A stretch of 59,671 nucleotides of DNA, filler included. It is 6 parts of 6 records of this genome, joined end to end, with 100 filler letters (N's around TTAATTAATTAA, not from the genome) between each part and the next. Parts side by side here need not be neighbours in the genome. Positions count along the whole stretch, not along the records: positions 6,524 to 19,851 come from SRR31156797_2402; positions 19,952 to 25,024 come from SRR31156797_2418; 4 more parts are not named here. One strand, 5' to 3'. Below, piece after piece: positions 10,331 to 20,981 of this stretch. The first letter of the stretch is position 1; each line of letters starts with the position of its first letter. The notes under the pieces were generated by a model that saw only the letters and a program-made list of their open reading frames with translations, ran no database searches and was not told where the DNA came from. The position numbers and the translations under genes are program-made.

Positions 10331-11769
10331 TGGAATATTTATACATATTTACTCATATCTTACTGATAATGTCACTTGGATGGTATATGATTACCAATTT
10401 ACAATGGTACAACTACAAAATAGAAAGAGTTGTTTTAAAGCACCATAAATGGCAGTGGCATATCACTTATTTTCTTTCACCCATAGTTTTCTTTTATATT
10501 CTGCCTGAGTTGTATTTTACTATTTATTTTTATATTTTATTTTTTACAAGTTTTATACTATGGAATAGAAAACTAGATAGACCTTTAGTTTTAACTGGAA
10601 GAGTAAAAAGATTTTTAGCACTACTTTTATTTATCACTTTTGCAATAATTGGATTATGTTTAGCAAAAGAGGATTGTAATGGTTCAGCTGTATTATTTAT
10701 ACCTCTAATACTAACTTATGTGGTTTCATTTTTACTTGAAAAAATGTTTTTTATATCATTTAAAAACAAAGCAAAACAAAGACTTGAAACTATTCCAGCC
10801 TTAAAAATAGTTGCAATTACAGCATCTTATGGAAAAACATCAATCAAAAATTATTTATATCATGTATTAAAAAGAAAATATAAAGTATATAAAACACCAA
10901 GATCTGTAAACACAATGGGTGGAATTGTTCTTGATGTAAATAGAGACTTGCCTTTAGATTCTCAAATATATATTGCAGAAGCTGGAGCTAGACAAAAAGG
11001 TGATATTGAAGAGATTACATCTTTCTTAGAACCTCAATACTCAGTATTAGGAAGTGTTGGTGAACAACATATCGAATACTTTAAAACACTAGATAATATT
11101 ATAAATACAAAAATGGAAATATTGGGTTCTCCTAGACTTATAAGAGGTTTTGTTCATGAATCTGTTCCTATCAAAGAGTATGAAACTATTACAAAGTTCC
11201 CTGAGAATCTACATGTGACTATGTCAAATCTTGATGGTATTTGGTTTGATATCATGATTGATGGAAAACAAGAGCACTTTACAGCTCCCATCTTAGGAAG
11301 CTTTAATGCTGTAAATTTAACAGCAGTTATACTTGTGGCATATGAACTAGGAATGAGTATCGATGAGATTAAACTTGCCCTAAAAGATTTACCACAAGTT
11401 GAACACAGACTTCAAAAAATAGAAGCTGGTGGAAAACTTATTATTGATGATAGTTTTAACGGAAACCTAGAAGGTATGCTTGAAGCAATAAACATTTGTT
11501 CTCACCACGAAGGAAGAAAAGTTATTATCACTCCAGGTTTAGTTGAGTCTACATCTGAAGCAAATATACTTTTAGCAAATGAGATAAATGAAAAGTTTGA
11601 TTATGCAATTATAACTGGAAGTTTAAATGCTCACCTTTTAAGTTCAAATATTGACAACGAAAAACTATTTGTTTTAAAAGAAAAAGCAAATATGGAGAAA
11701 ATATTAGCAGAGAAAACAAAAGCAGGGGATTTAATCCTTTTTGCTAATGATGCCCCAAACTTTATATAA
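10330..11769 (+). CDS. murF: MurF-type Mur ligase with N-terminal membrane segments
   Basis: AITASYGKTS, EAGAR, EHRLQ, IIDDSFNGN; in an operon with ddl. Confidence 0.85.
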   Translation: MEYLYIFTHILLIMSLGWYMITNLQWYNYKIERVVLKHHKWQWHITYFLSPIVFFYILPELYFTIYFYILFFTSFILWNRKLDRPLVLTGRVKRFLALLLFITFAIIGLCLAKEDCNGSAVLFIPLILTYVVSFLLEKMFFISFKNKAKQRLETIPALKIVAITASYGKTSIKNYLYHVLKRKYKVYKTPRSVNTMGGIVLDVNRDLPLDSQIYIAEAGARQKGDIEEITSFLEPQYSVLGSVGEQHIEYFKTLDNIINTKMEILGSPRLIRGFVHESVPIKEYETITKFPENLHVTMSNLDGIWFDIMIDGKQEHFTAPILGSFNAVNLTAVILVAYELGMSIDEIKLALKDLPQVEHRLQKIEAGGKLIIDDSFNGNLEGMLEAINICSHHEGRKVIITPGLVESTSEANILLANEINEKFDYAIITGSLNAHLLSSNIDNEKLFVLKEKANMEKILAEKTKAGDLILFANDAPNFI

Positions 11770-11785
11770 AATAGGATATTTTTAG

Positions 11786-12274
11786 ATGGAACATTTATAT
11801 GCACCTTGGCGATATGATTATGTAACAGATGAAAAAGTAGAGGGTTGTATCTTTTGCCATATTTCAAAACATGTTACTGAAGAAAAGTATCAAGTACTTT
11901 TTCATGATGATTTATGTTATGTAGTGATGAATAAATTTCCATATTCTCCCGGACATCTGATGGTTATACCATATTTTCATACTGACAAAATTGAAGAGTT
12001 AAAAGCAGATGTATGGGATAGAATGAGTGTTAGAATAAGACAAGCAGTTAGCTTACTTAAAGACACTATGAACTGTGAAGGTGTAAATATAGGTATGAAC
12101 CTAGGTAAAGCAGCTGGAGCTGGTATTGAACAGCATGTGCATTATCATGCGCTTCCTAGATGGCTTGGAGATACAAATTTTATATCAAGTATTGGGGGAG
12201 CTAGAGTTTACCCAGCAGATTTTGATGAGATATTTACAAAACTAAAAGAGAAAGCTTCTAAGTATTTTGTTTAG
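11786..12274 (+). CDS. HIT family hydrolase
   Basis: APWR, CIFC, NKFPYSPGH, HVHYH triad. Confidence 0.93.
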   Translation: MEHLYAPWRYDYVTDEKVEGCIFCHISKHVTEEKYQVLFHDDLCYVVMNKFPYSPGHLMVIPYFHTDKIEELKADVWDRMSVRIRQAVSLLKDTMNCEGVNIGMNLGKAAGAGIEQHVHYHALPRWLGDTNFISSIGGARVYPADFDEIFTKLKEKASKYFV

Positions 12275-15200
12275 TTAAAGTCCAGTAAAAAATGATATAT
12301 AACTGTATCATTTTGATTCTTTTGTCTTATTTCTCTATATAGTTTTATTCGAGAACTTTTACTATCTAATATATCAATTGTTTGAGGTAAATTAAGTGGG
12401 TCAAAGCCAGCATAATTAATAGATGATATTTTTTTCTTATAATTTTCTGAATATTTAGAAAAATCATTTTCTATTGTATAAACAAAGATAACTATTAATT
12501 TAAATCCTTCTGCATTATATTTGTCAAGTTTATCTAAGTGGTCTTCAATTTTTGTTTTAAAAGCTTCAAAAAGAAAAAGCTTTTTGTCTTTACTGTTTTT
12601 TACAATGAAATCTCTTTCTCCTATTCCTTCGTTATTAGTTCCTGAAATTCCTCCTCTTGTTTGGTCTAAAACTTTCCATGAAAGATAATTTTTTCTTTGG
12701 GTTAATAAAGAGCAAGTCCAGTCATTAATTATATCTTCAATTTCTAAATCTAATTCATTATTTTTATTTAGCCTATTTAAATTAACTTTTCTTTTCAAAA
12801 TTTCTTCTGCAATGTTTAACATGATATTTTTTATATAGTCTTCTAATGAACTTTTTGCAAAAATAAAAGAGTGCTCATCATCATTCATATCCTTGATTTT
12901 TCTCCAATATTCTTGGGCAGTGTCTTTATTTAAACTATTAGGTTTATCAATAGTTATATAGTTTGAAAGGTCTTGTTCTATTTTAGTTGTTATATTTTTT
13001 TCTAAATTTACGATAGTACTTTTATCTTCTTTTGAAAATGTACCATGATATTTTTTTACATGATTAATAAATTCTAATGCTTCTTTATGCTGATTATTTG
13101 ATTGTAAAAACTTATATCTGATTTCTAGAATGTACATATTAAATTTATAAGTATCAGGTATTTCTTCCCAAAGTTTATTGAAACATTTTACATCATTTAT
13201 TGTGTTATAAATAGATAGTAACACTTGATAATCAAATAAGTTTTTTTGATAGTCTATTTTTGAATCATATATATTATAAAGTTTTATAATATATTCAAAT
13301 TTTTCTTTTTTATTTAAGTCATCTTTATATTTATCATAATATGCTTTTAACAAGTGATTCAAATATAATTCATTTAAAGATTTATCACATAATTCTTTTA
13401 AAATATTGAATCCTTTTAAATGCTCATCATGATGAATATAAACTAATGCAGTTATAAATGTTTTATAATCAGCTAAATTAATTTCATTTATTTTTATTTT
13501 AGATTTTTCTAATTTTGGTAAAGTAAGGTGATTTATTTTTTTTAGCTTTTCTTTTTTAGTTTCTTTTGAAAAACAAATATCAATTAAATCTTTTTTATAT
13601 TTAACTGTTTTAAATTTACACTTCTTCTCTTCTTGAAATAATTGTTTTTTTCCTACCATTTTTTCATAAATATTAATTAATTTATTTGAAATGTCATCTA
13701 ACCCTTCATTTAATGCATAGTTTATAGACTCCTCAATATCTGGATATGATGAAAAATTATCTAGATTTAGTAAATCAATTTTTTCTTTTATATATTCTTT
13801 TTTTGTAGTTGATTGGGTAGTAGAATAAAGTTGTAAGTAAGTTTTAATATCGTTAAATTTTAAAAAGTTATCTAAGAAGTATTTGTATCCTTCTTTACTG
13901 AAAATATTAACAGTTTTTGAAAAACTATCAAATATTTTATAATCTTTTTCAAAAAAGAAAATGCCTAATCTCTCTTCAAAACCAAATTTAGTGATTAAAT
14001 CTACTAATAGCTTTTCTAATTTTAAAGTAGGTTCTCTTTCATAAATGCTAATTAATATATTAATATAAAATCTTATTAAATCTGAAACATAAAAATTATT
14101 ATCAGATTGCATATCTTCTTTTAAAATATTTAAATCTAATAAATCTAACCATTTGTTTTTTATTATATTTGATGATGCATCATAAAATATTGAGAAATTT
14201 ATTTTCTTCATTTCATTTGAAAAAATATGAAAACTTTTATTTTTTATTGATTGCGTAAATATTTTTTTGATATTTTCATAAATAGCTTTTGTAATTTTTA
14301 TTTTCTCTTCTGAGTAATCGATATCAAGAACTTTTTCAAAGTAATCTATTTTTTCTAAGTACAAAGAAAATAAAAAATAATTCGTAATATCAAATTCATT
14401 TTTTTTACTTATATCTTCAATTTGTTCATCTATAAGAACCTTGATAATTTTATTAAAGATTATTTCATTTGAGTTTTTGTATGTAGTGATTTTATTTAAA
14501 AAGTTCTCTAAAGATATTGAAATGATATAACTATATGAGTATTTATAATGCCATAATGTTATTGTATTTAATAAATTAAAAAAGTTTAATTTATCTTTAT
14601 TTTCAATAATTTTATTTTTAAAATTATTAAATAATATATCTATAATTTGAGAAGAAATCATATCTATCCAAGTTTTTGCATAATCTTTATTTTCTGTATT
14701 TAAGTTATGTGGGAAATTATTCATTTTTAAAATATTTAGAAATCCATATGCGTAATATCTAGAATTAGATAATAAATAAGTATTAAATCTAATATTCTCT
14801 GTTGTTAATATTTCACTTATAATTAAATAGTCATCTTCGCATTCTTTTAAAATTTTATTTATTCTTTGAAAAGAATTTTCATTGTAAAAGTACGATTTAG
14901 TTACTTCATTTTTAATTAGACAATAAGTTAATGTACTTCGTATATCTTTTGCAATATATTCAAATAAAAATTCATTCTCTTTTTTTTCTTTAAAATAACT
15001 ATAAATATCAAATAAAGTAGTAAATTCTCTTGGAGCATTTTCTATATCAAAATATCTGACATAATTTGGTTTATTTTCATAAGATAGTTTAATTTTTTGG
15101 TACCATTGCTCTTTAGGAGTTTTATTTTCAATTAAGTATTTTGTAATTTCATCTAAGAACTCTTCTTTAACTTCTTTCATTTCTGAAACTTCATTAACCC

Positions 15201-15561
15201 AATACCATAGACCATTTCCAATACTGTATTTATGAAAACATTTATCAATAATATTTAGCCATAATTTAAATCTATTTTGTTTTTTCTCAAAATAAAACTT
15301 TTCAAAAAGACATATTCCTATTTTTGAAAAATAGTTAGGATTATATTTTAATTTATGTGATTCTATTTCTAAATTATCATTGTAGTTATTATTGAAAAAT
15401 TTAATATCTTCATATACATTTTTATCATTGTATAGATTTAGAACTATATCAGTTAAATCTTGAAGTTTAAAAGAAATATCATTAATAGGTTCCTCTTCTA
15501 TTTTATGTGAATAAAATGCTAGTTTTTTTTCTAAGTCTAATAGTAAATCTTGCATAAACAA
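12271..15561 (-). CDS. Large helical-repeat protein with C-terminal PD-(D/E)xK-like nuclease motif; candidate defence protein
   Basis: 1096 aa, extremely AT-rich; C-terminal EDIIND...DQTRGG...GERDFIV...LFEAFK; no Walker A seen. Confidence 0.55.
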   Translation of the reverse strand: MFMQDLLLDLEKKLAFYSHKIEEEPINDISFKLQDLTDIVLNLYNDKNVYEDIKFFNNNYNDNLEIESHKLKYNPNYFSKIGICLFEKFYFEKKQNRFKLWLNIIDKCFHKYSIGNGLWYWVNEVSEMKEVKEEFLDEITKYLIENKTPKEQWYQKIKLSYENKPNYVRYFDIENAPREFTTLFDIYSYFKEKKENEFLFEYIAKDIRSTLTYCLIKNEVTKSYFYNENSFQRINKILKECEDDYLIISEILTTENIRFNTYLLSNSRYYAYGFLNILKMNNFPHNLNTENKDYAKTWIDMISSQIIDILFNNFKNKIIENKDKLNFFNLLNTITLWHYKYSYSYIISISLENFLNKITTYKNSNEIIFNKIIKVLIDEQIEDISKKNEFDITNYFLFSLYLEKIDYFEKVLDIDYSEEKIKITKAIYENIKKIFTQSIKNKSFHIFSNEMKKINFSIFYDASSNIIKNKWLDLLDLNILKEDMQSDNNFYVSDLIRFYINILISIYEREPTLKLEKLLVDLITKFGFEERLGIFFFEKDYKIFDSFSKTVNIFSKEGYKYFLDNFLKFNDIKTYLQLYSTTQSTTKKEYIKEKIDLLNLDNFSSYPDIEESINYALNEGLDDISNKLINIYEKMVGKKQLFQEEKKCKFKTVKYKKDLIDICFSKETKKEKLKKINHLTLPKLEKSKIKINEINLADYKTFITALVYIHHDEHLKGFNILKELCDKSLNELYLNHLLKAYYDKYKDDLNKKEKFEYIIKLYNIYDSKIDYQKNLFDYQVLLSIYNTINDVKCFNKLWEEIPDTYKFNMYILEIRYKFLQSNNQHKEALEFINHVKKYHGTFSKEDKSTIVNLEKNITTKIEQDLSNYITIDKPNSLNKDTAQEYWRKIKDMNDDEHSFIFAKSSLEDYIKNIMLNIAEEILKRKVNLNRLNKNNELDLEIEDIINDWTCSLLTQRKNYLSWKVLDQTRGGISGTNNEGIGERDFIVKNSKDKKLFLFEAFKTKIEDHLDKLDKYNAEGFKLIVIFVYTIENDFSKYSENYKKKISSINYAGFDPLNLPQTIDILDSKSSRIKLYREIRQKNQNDTVIYHFLLDFN

Positions 15562-15584
15562 TTATAACCATATAAGAAGAGCTT

Positions 15585-15857
15585 TTAGTCTTCCATCTCT
15601 CCACTCTCTTCAATCATTCTTTCGATTTTGTCATAAATCTCTTGTGCTTGTTTATCATCCATTTTATTTTCATTTATTGCTTGAACAATATTTTGAAGTT
15701 CTACAAGGAAAGATTCCATATCTCTTACCTCTTCCATTGTGTCTTCTGTTTGTTCTTTTTTTTCAATAATTTCATGTAAGTCTTCAATATAAGCTTCAAC
15801 TTCAGGAATCATTGCAGTTTCTACAATCTCAAGTAAGTCTTTTTTTATTTGCGTCAT
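15585..15857 (-). CDS. Small acidic hypothetical protein
   Basis: 90-aa ORF with AAGGA RBS. Confidence 0.75.
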   Translation of the reverse strand: MTQIKKDLLEIVETAMIPEVEAYIEDLHEIIEKKEQTEDTMEEVRDMESFLVELQNIVQAINENKMDDKQAQEIYDKIERMIEESGEMED

Positions 15858-16036
15858 TTATAAATTTCCTTTTATTTTTTATATTATAACTTATGTTACC
15901 ATTTATCCTTATAACTTTATTCAGTTATAATAAATAAAAAACTAAGAAGTTATTATGCCAAAAGAGAAAAATTGAGAAAATTTTAAATTAAACTCATAGT
16001 TAGGAATTTATATACTTCTAAAAAATTGGAGAGCAA

Positions 16037-16387
16037 ATGATTATACGAAAACAAGTAAATGAAAAGATGAGCAGAATTGTTGAATACAATGGTACTGTAT
16101 ATTTTGCAGGAATAGTATCAGATGATAAGGAGTTAGATATAAAAGTTCAAGCAAAAAGAGCTTTAGAAATTGCAGATGAAAGATTTAAAGAAGCTGGTGC
16201 AAGTAAAAATACTATTTTAAGAGCAGAAATATTTTTAAAAGATATCTATAGAGATTTTGAAAGTTTTAATGAGGTTTGGAAAGAGTGGATTCCCTTAGAT
16301 AACAAACCTGCAAGGTCTTGTGTCCAATCAAATATGGCAAGTCATAATACACTAGTTGAGATAGTGTTTACAGTTGCAAAAGCATAA
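16037..16387 (+). CDS. RidA/YjgF family protein
   Basis: MSRIV..NGTVYFAG, FNEVW..W, PARSCVQ, VEI. Confidence 0.9.
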   Translation: MIIRKQVNEKMSRIVEYNGTVYFAGIVSDDKELDIKVQAKRALEIADERFKEAGASKNTILRAEIFLKDIYRDFESFNEVWKEWIPLDNKPARSCVQSNMASHNTLVEIVFTVAKA

Positions 16388-16487
16388 TTATTTAATTTAT
16401 ATATTAATCTAGTTAAAATATATACAAAAAATCAACATATTTCTTGTAATATTTTAGTATGATTAAAATAATAAATCTAAAGGATAC

Positions 16488-17738
16488 TTGATGAAAAGAG
16501 ATATAATCATTATTGGTGGCGGAATAGTTGGACTTTGTACAGCTTATTATCTTCAAAAAAGTGGAAGAAAAGTAACTGTAATAGATGAAAATGATATCAC
16601 AGATTCTACATCTTTTGGAAATGCAGGACTTTTATCTGCTTTTGATAAATCACCTTTAAGTTATCCTGGAGTAGTATCTAACACTTTAAAACTGATGTTA
16701 AAAGGTCAATCTCCTGCAATAGTTCATCCAACTTTAGATGCAAAGATGTACAAGTGGTTATTAAACTTCACATTAAGTGCAAATGAAAAAAGAACTAAAA
16801 AAACAATGATGCTTTTTGAAAAATATGGAGAGATAACATTAAATCTTTATGAAAAAATGATATCAGAGGATAATCTAGATTTTGATTATCATAGAGATGG
16901 AATGCTATCAGTATTTACTGAAGATAAAAGTTATGAAGAAAGATTAGCCAAATACGATTATATTGATGATGATAGATTTAATATCCTCAAAAAAGATGAG
17001 ATTTCTGAATATTTACCAAGTGGGGAACTTGAAAAAATAAAAGGTGCAATTCTTTTCAAAAAGAATGCATATTTTGACCCACAAAGAGTTATGCTAGAGA
17101 TTAAAAGACATCTACAAGAATCTGGAGTAGAGTTTATATTTAGTGAAAAGATTGAAGACATAAAACTTGAAGATAAAAAAATCAAATATATTTACTCTGA
17201 AAATAAAAACTTCTATGAAGCAGAACATTATATTATGTCTACTGGATATCAAACTATACTTGCAAACAAAACTAAAAAAGACTTGATGATGATTCCGGCA
17301 AAAGGTTATAGTATTACTTTTAATATGCCTGATGAGTACAAGCCTAAAACATCAACAATATTTAATGACTTGTTTGTTGTAATGACTCCAAGAAGAGATG
17401 ATGTGAGATTCACTTCAAAACTTGAAATTGGAAGTGATGATACGCAAGTGGTAAAAAAACAAATAGAGAGTATCAAAAAGAACTTCTTTCAATACAACAA
17501 AGACTTTGAAATTTCAAATGAAAAATATTGGGCAGGATTTAGACCACTTACACCAAATGATATCCCTCTAATAGGTAGAGATGAAGATATTTTAAACTTA
17601 ACTTATGGAATGGGACTAGGCTGGCTTGGAATGACTTTTGGTCCAGCAGTTGGAACTATACTAACAGATTTAGTAGTAAATGACAAAAAGAATGCTCAAA
17701 ATGATGACATTCTTTTATTTTCAGGTTTTTATCAATAG
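16488..17738 (+). CDS. FAD-dependent D-amino acid dehydrogenase (DadA-like)
   Basis: IIGGGIVG, TSFGNAG, PAKGYS, WAGFRPLTP..IPLIG. Confidence 0.88.
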   Translation: MMKRDIIIIGGGIVGLCTAYYLQKSGRKVTVIDENDITDSTSFGNAGLLSAFDKSPLSYPGVVSNTLKLMLKGQSPAIVHPTLDAKMYKWLLNFTLSANEKRTKKTMMLFEKYGEITLNLYEKMISEDNLDFDYHRDGMLSVFTEDKSYEERLAKYDYIDDDRFNILKKDEISEYLPSGELEKIKGAILFKKNAYFDPQRVMLEIKRHLQESGVEFIFSEKIEDIKLEDKKIKYIYSENKNFYEAEHYIMSTGYQTILANKTKKDLMMIPAKGYSITFNMPDEYKPKTSTIFNDLFVVMTPRRDDVRFTSKLEIGSDDTQVVKKQIESIKKNFFQYNKDFEISNEKYWAGFRPLTPNDIPLIGRDEDILNLTYGMGLGWLGMTFGPAVGTILTDLVVNDKKNAQNDDILLFSGFYQ

Positions 17739-17749
17739 AGAGTTTAGGT

Positions 17750-18094
17750 TTATTTTAACCCAATCTCTTCCACATCAAATCCATCAAAGCTGTGTATATC
17801 ATATTCTTTTGCAAAATGATTAAATTTTTTGCATATTTGATGTAAAGATTTTTTATTGTGTTTTTTTATCTCTTCAATACATAAGTAATATGTTTTGTTT
17901 TCATAAAAGATTTCGTGAGAAATATATCCTTCTTCTCTTAATATCTTTTTTGCCTCGCGTAAAGTTTCTTTATTTTTATCGCTAAAATAAAATCCCCAGC
18001 TTAAAACTTTGTTAACATCTATATTACTTTCATTTGCAATATCTTCAAAAAATTCATCTACAATACTATTCATTATTACTCTATCCATAATCAT
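17750..18094 (-). CDS. RraB-like domain protein
   Basis: WGFYF...L...GY...FAKEYDIHSFDGFDV pattern. Confidence 0.55.
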   Translation of the reverse strand: MIMDRVIMNSIVDEFFEDIANESNIDVNKVLSWGFYFSDKNKETLREAKKILREEGYISHEIFYENKTYYLCIEEIKKHNKKSLHQICKKFNHFAKEYDIHSFDGFDVEEIGLK

Positions 18095-18215
18095 AAAAGA
18101 ATTTTATATGTAAAAGTTAAATTATGAGTTAAATATTTAAGTAAATTTTCTAATTTGACTAAAAAACACTGATATTTGTGACTTTTCTTGTGACACTTTT
18201 GTGTCACTAGAAAAT

Positions 18216-19495
18216 TTATTTATTTAGTATTCCATTCACTGCTCTAATACCTGATGCCCAAGCTGCAGTAATACCTCTACTTGTTCCTGCACCATCACCT
18301 ATAATATAATAACCATCTTTAACCATAAAGTATTCATTTATAAAGTGTGGTTTGTTTGAGTATGTTTTTATCTCAGGATAATAAAGTATAGTTGATGGAT
18401 GCAATACTCCGGGTACAATTGAGTCTAATTTTTTTAAGGCACTCCAAATATCTCTTAATATTTTAGCTGGCATACTAAGACTTAAGTCTGCAGCAACTGC
18501 ATTTGATAATGTAGGTTTAAAATCATATAAATCGTCATTAAAGGTTTCTTTTTTACTTCTTTGTCCTAACCTAAAGTCTCCAACTCTTTGCATAATAACA
18601 GAACCCCCACTTAGTTGCATTACCATCTCTCCAAGAATTTTACCAAACTGTTGACCACTTACAACTGGTTCAGTTAATCTTATAGTTTTTAACATTGCAA
18701 AGTTAACTAAATTATTTGGTTTTTTTCTCTAGACATTGAGTGTCCATTTACTGAATAGTAACCTTTGTATTTTTCTCTAACTATATGTGCACAGCCAGAG
18801 TTTGTACAAAAAGTTCTTACTTTATTTGGAAATAAAATTTTTGGGTCATAATACTCTTTAACTATAGGATAGTTTTCCTCTTTCATCTCAACTCTTACTC
18901 CTATATCTACAATATTATCACTATATTCAACTCCAAGCTTTTTCATTTGCTCTTGCATCCAATCATAATCAGCTCTTCCTGGAGCTAGTATAATATCTTC
19001 AAATTGGATTTTGAAATCATCAGCTAAAGTTAACTCTTTAATATTTTCATTTAACTCTTTTACTTCTGTTTCTAATGCAACAGTTACTCCCAGCTTTCTT
19101 AACTGTTCAATAAGACCATTTATCAGTTTTGATGATTTATCAGTTCCAACATGAGCTTGGTCAATTGCTAAAATATTAACATCAAGCTTTTTTGCTCTTT
19201 GTATATACTTATCAATATTTAATCTAGTTTCCATTTTTGGCTTAAGATGATTTGCAACTTCAACCAAAAGTTTTTGAGCATCTTTTTCTTCCCAGTGTTC
19301 AAAAGGAAAGCCAACTGGATAAGTGTAGTTTTGTTTACAGTCATTTCTTAAACCACCTGAACTAATCTTCTTTTTCTCAATAAGAAGAATAGATTTGTTT
19401 GAGTTTTCTGCAAGTTTAAATGCGGCTCCAAGTCCTGCCGGTCCTGAACCAACAATTACTGCATCATAATATGAGTTTAATGTTAAAGTTTCCAT
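18216..19495 (-). pseudogene. FAD/NAD(P)-dependent oxidoreductase split by a 1-nt homopolymer deletion
   Basis: ORFs 19495-18707 and 18695-18216 join (NGHSMSREKKPNNLVNFAML) if the T7 run at 18720-18726 is T8; GSGPAG and IGDGAGTSRGI motifs. Confidence 0.85.
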
Positions 19496-19727
19496 TTAAA
19501 TAGTATAACAAAAAAGATTCTATATTAAAAGAAAATAACTATAAAAAATATAACCATATTGTTATTTAATTTAAGTATTAATGTTAGAAATTGAATGAAA
19601 TAATCAATTATATTGACAAATTTTATTTTAAACTTATTATTAACTTAAATAGATATTAAAACCAAACAAGTTATCCTTATAATAAGGATAAAAAATTTAC
19701 AAATTATACTTAGAAACACCATAACTA

Positions 19728-19756
19728 TTGACATTTAATGAAAATTTAATTATAAT
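19728..19756 (+). promoter_or_regulatory. Sigma70 promoter of the S10 operon with GC-rich discriminator
   Basis: TTGACA-17-TATAAT followed by GCGCGTCC. Confidence 0.85.
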
Positions 19757-19823
19757 GCGCGTCCACTAAATGTGGTTAGAGTGCGATTTATCGTACGTCT
19801 AACGAGTTCTTTAAAGGAAAAAC

Positions 19824-19851
19824 ATGGAAAAAATTAGATTAAAGCTTAAAG
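19824..19851 (+). CDS. rpsJ: 30S ribosomal protein S10, 5' end
   Basis: MEKIRLKLK after an AAGGA RBS and a perfect promoter. Confidence 0.85.
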
Positions 19852-19951
19852 NNNNNNNNNNNNNNNNNNNNNNNNNNNNNNNNNNNNNNNNNNNNTTAAT
19901 TAATTAANNNNNNNNNNNNNNNNNNNNNNNNNNNNNNNNNNNNNNNNNNNN
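19852..19951. other. Artificial contig linker
   Basis: N run with TTAATTAATTAA. Confidence 0.99.
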
Positions 19952-19991
19952 TGAAGGGTTTTTTTATCTTTGGTTTTTCAATAGGTAAATC

Positions 19992-20897
19992 ATGAAACTT
20001 CGTTGGCTTTCAATTTTGTTTCTTTTTTCAATTATTAATTCTACCGGACAAGAAATTTTTGCTGAATATGAATGGTGGAATGAAATGCATGGATGGGAAT
20101 CAGGAGATCCCGGATGGCGGAACTGGATGAAAATAACACCCGGTTATTTTGGCCCCAATGCATTGCCAATTCCTGAAGTTAAAAAAGGATTTATTCCGGC
20201 ATTGTCGGAAATTGAAGTTTCATTTTCTAATCATTTTAACAGCCACGATCCAACTCAGGATATTTCGGGGCGTTTATTTATTCCTTTTGCAAAAAACAAA
20301 ATTGCAGTTGAAATGTATGGGGTGGCAATTGAACATTACGCATTCTCGGAGCAAATTAGAAATGAAAGAATTGCGCGCGACAAAGATGGTAAAGGTTTTG
20401 CCGTTGGCGATTTTTATTTTAGCACATTAATACAAATCAGTAAAAACCGGAAATTCCCGAATACTTTATTACGATTGGCAACAAGAACAGCTTCGGGAAA
20501 TCAACTGGAAGCGGCACGTTTCACCGATAATCCCGGATATTTTTTCGATTTAAGTTTTTCCAAAGAATTTGGAGAAAAAGAAACCGGATTAATTCGGCCA
20601 TTTGGAGGGTTTGGCTTTTATTCGTGGCAAACAATGGACGAACTAAACCTTCAAAATGATGCATTAATGTATTCGGCAGGAATTGATTATGAAAGAAATA
20701 ACTGGCTTTTTTCCGGTTCCTGCTCAGGGTATTCAGGATATAAAAACAGGCGAGACCGCCCGGCCCGGTTGAATGCAGAAATACAAAGAGATTTTAATGG
20801 AAAAGCTGTTCGGGTTCAATATTACCATGGTTTGAGTGACTGGAATTACAAAACAATAAAATTTTCATTTTTGTGGAAATTTAAAGCAATCAATTAA
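19992..20897 (+). CDS. Exported, possibly outer-membrane, hypothetical protein
   Basis: Signal peptide, aromatic alternating beta-strand-like segments. Confidence 0.7.
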   Translation: MKLRWLSILFLFSIINSTGQEIFAEYEWWNEMHGWESGDPGWRNWMKITPGYFGPNALPIPEVKKGFIPALSEIEVSFSNHFNSHDPTQDISGRLFIPFAKNKIAVEMYGVAIEHYAFSEQIRNERIARDKDGKGFAVGDFYFSTLIQISKNRKFPNTLLRLATRTASGNQLEAARFTDNPGYFFDLSFSKEFGEKETGLIRPFGGFGFYSWQTMDELNLQNDALMYSAGIDYERNNWLFSGSCSGYSGYKNRRDRPARLNAEIQRDFNGKAVRVQYYHGLSDWNYKTIKFSFLWKFKAIN

Positions 20898-20981
20898 ATC
20901 ATTTTTTATGATGTTGAAATGTTTACTTTTGCAATAAAATCAGACAGATATAGTTTCAATATAAAAACAGAATAAGAAACA

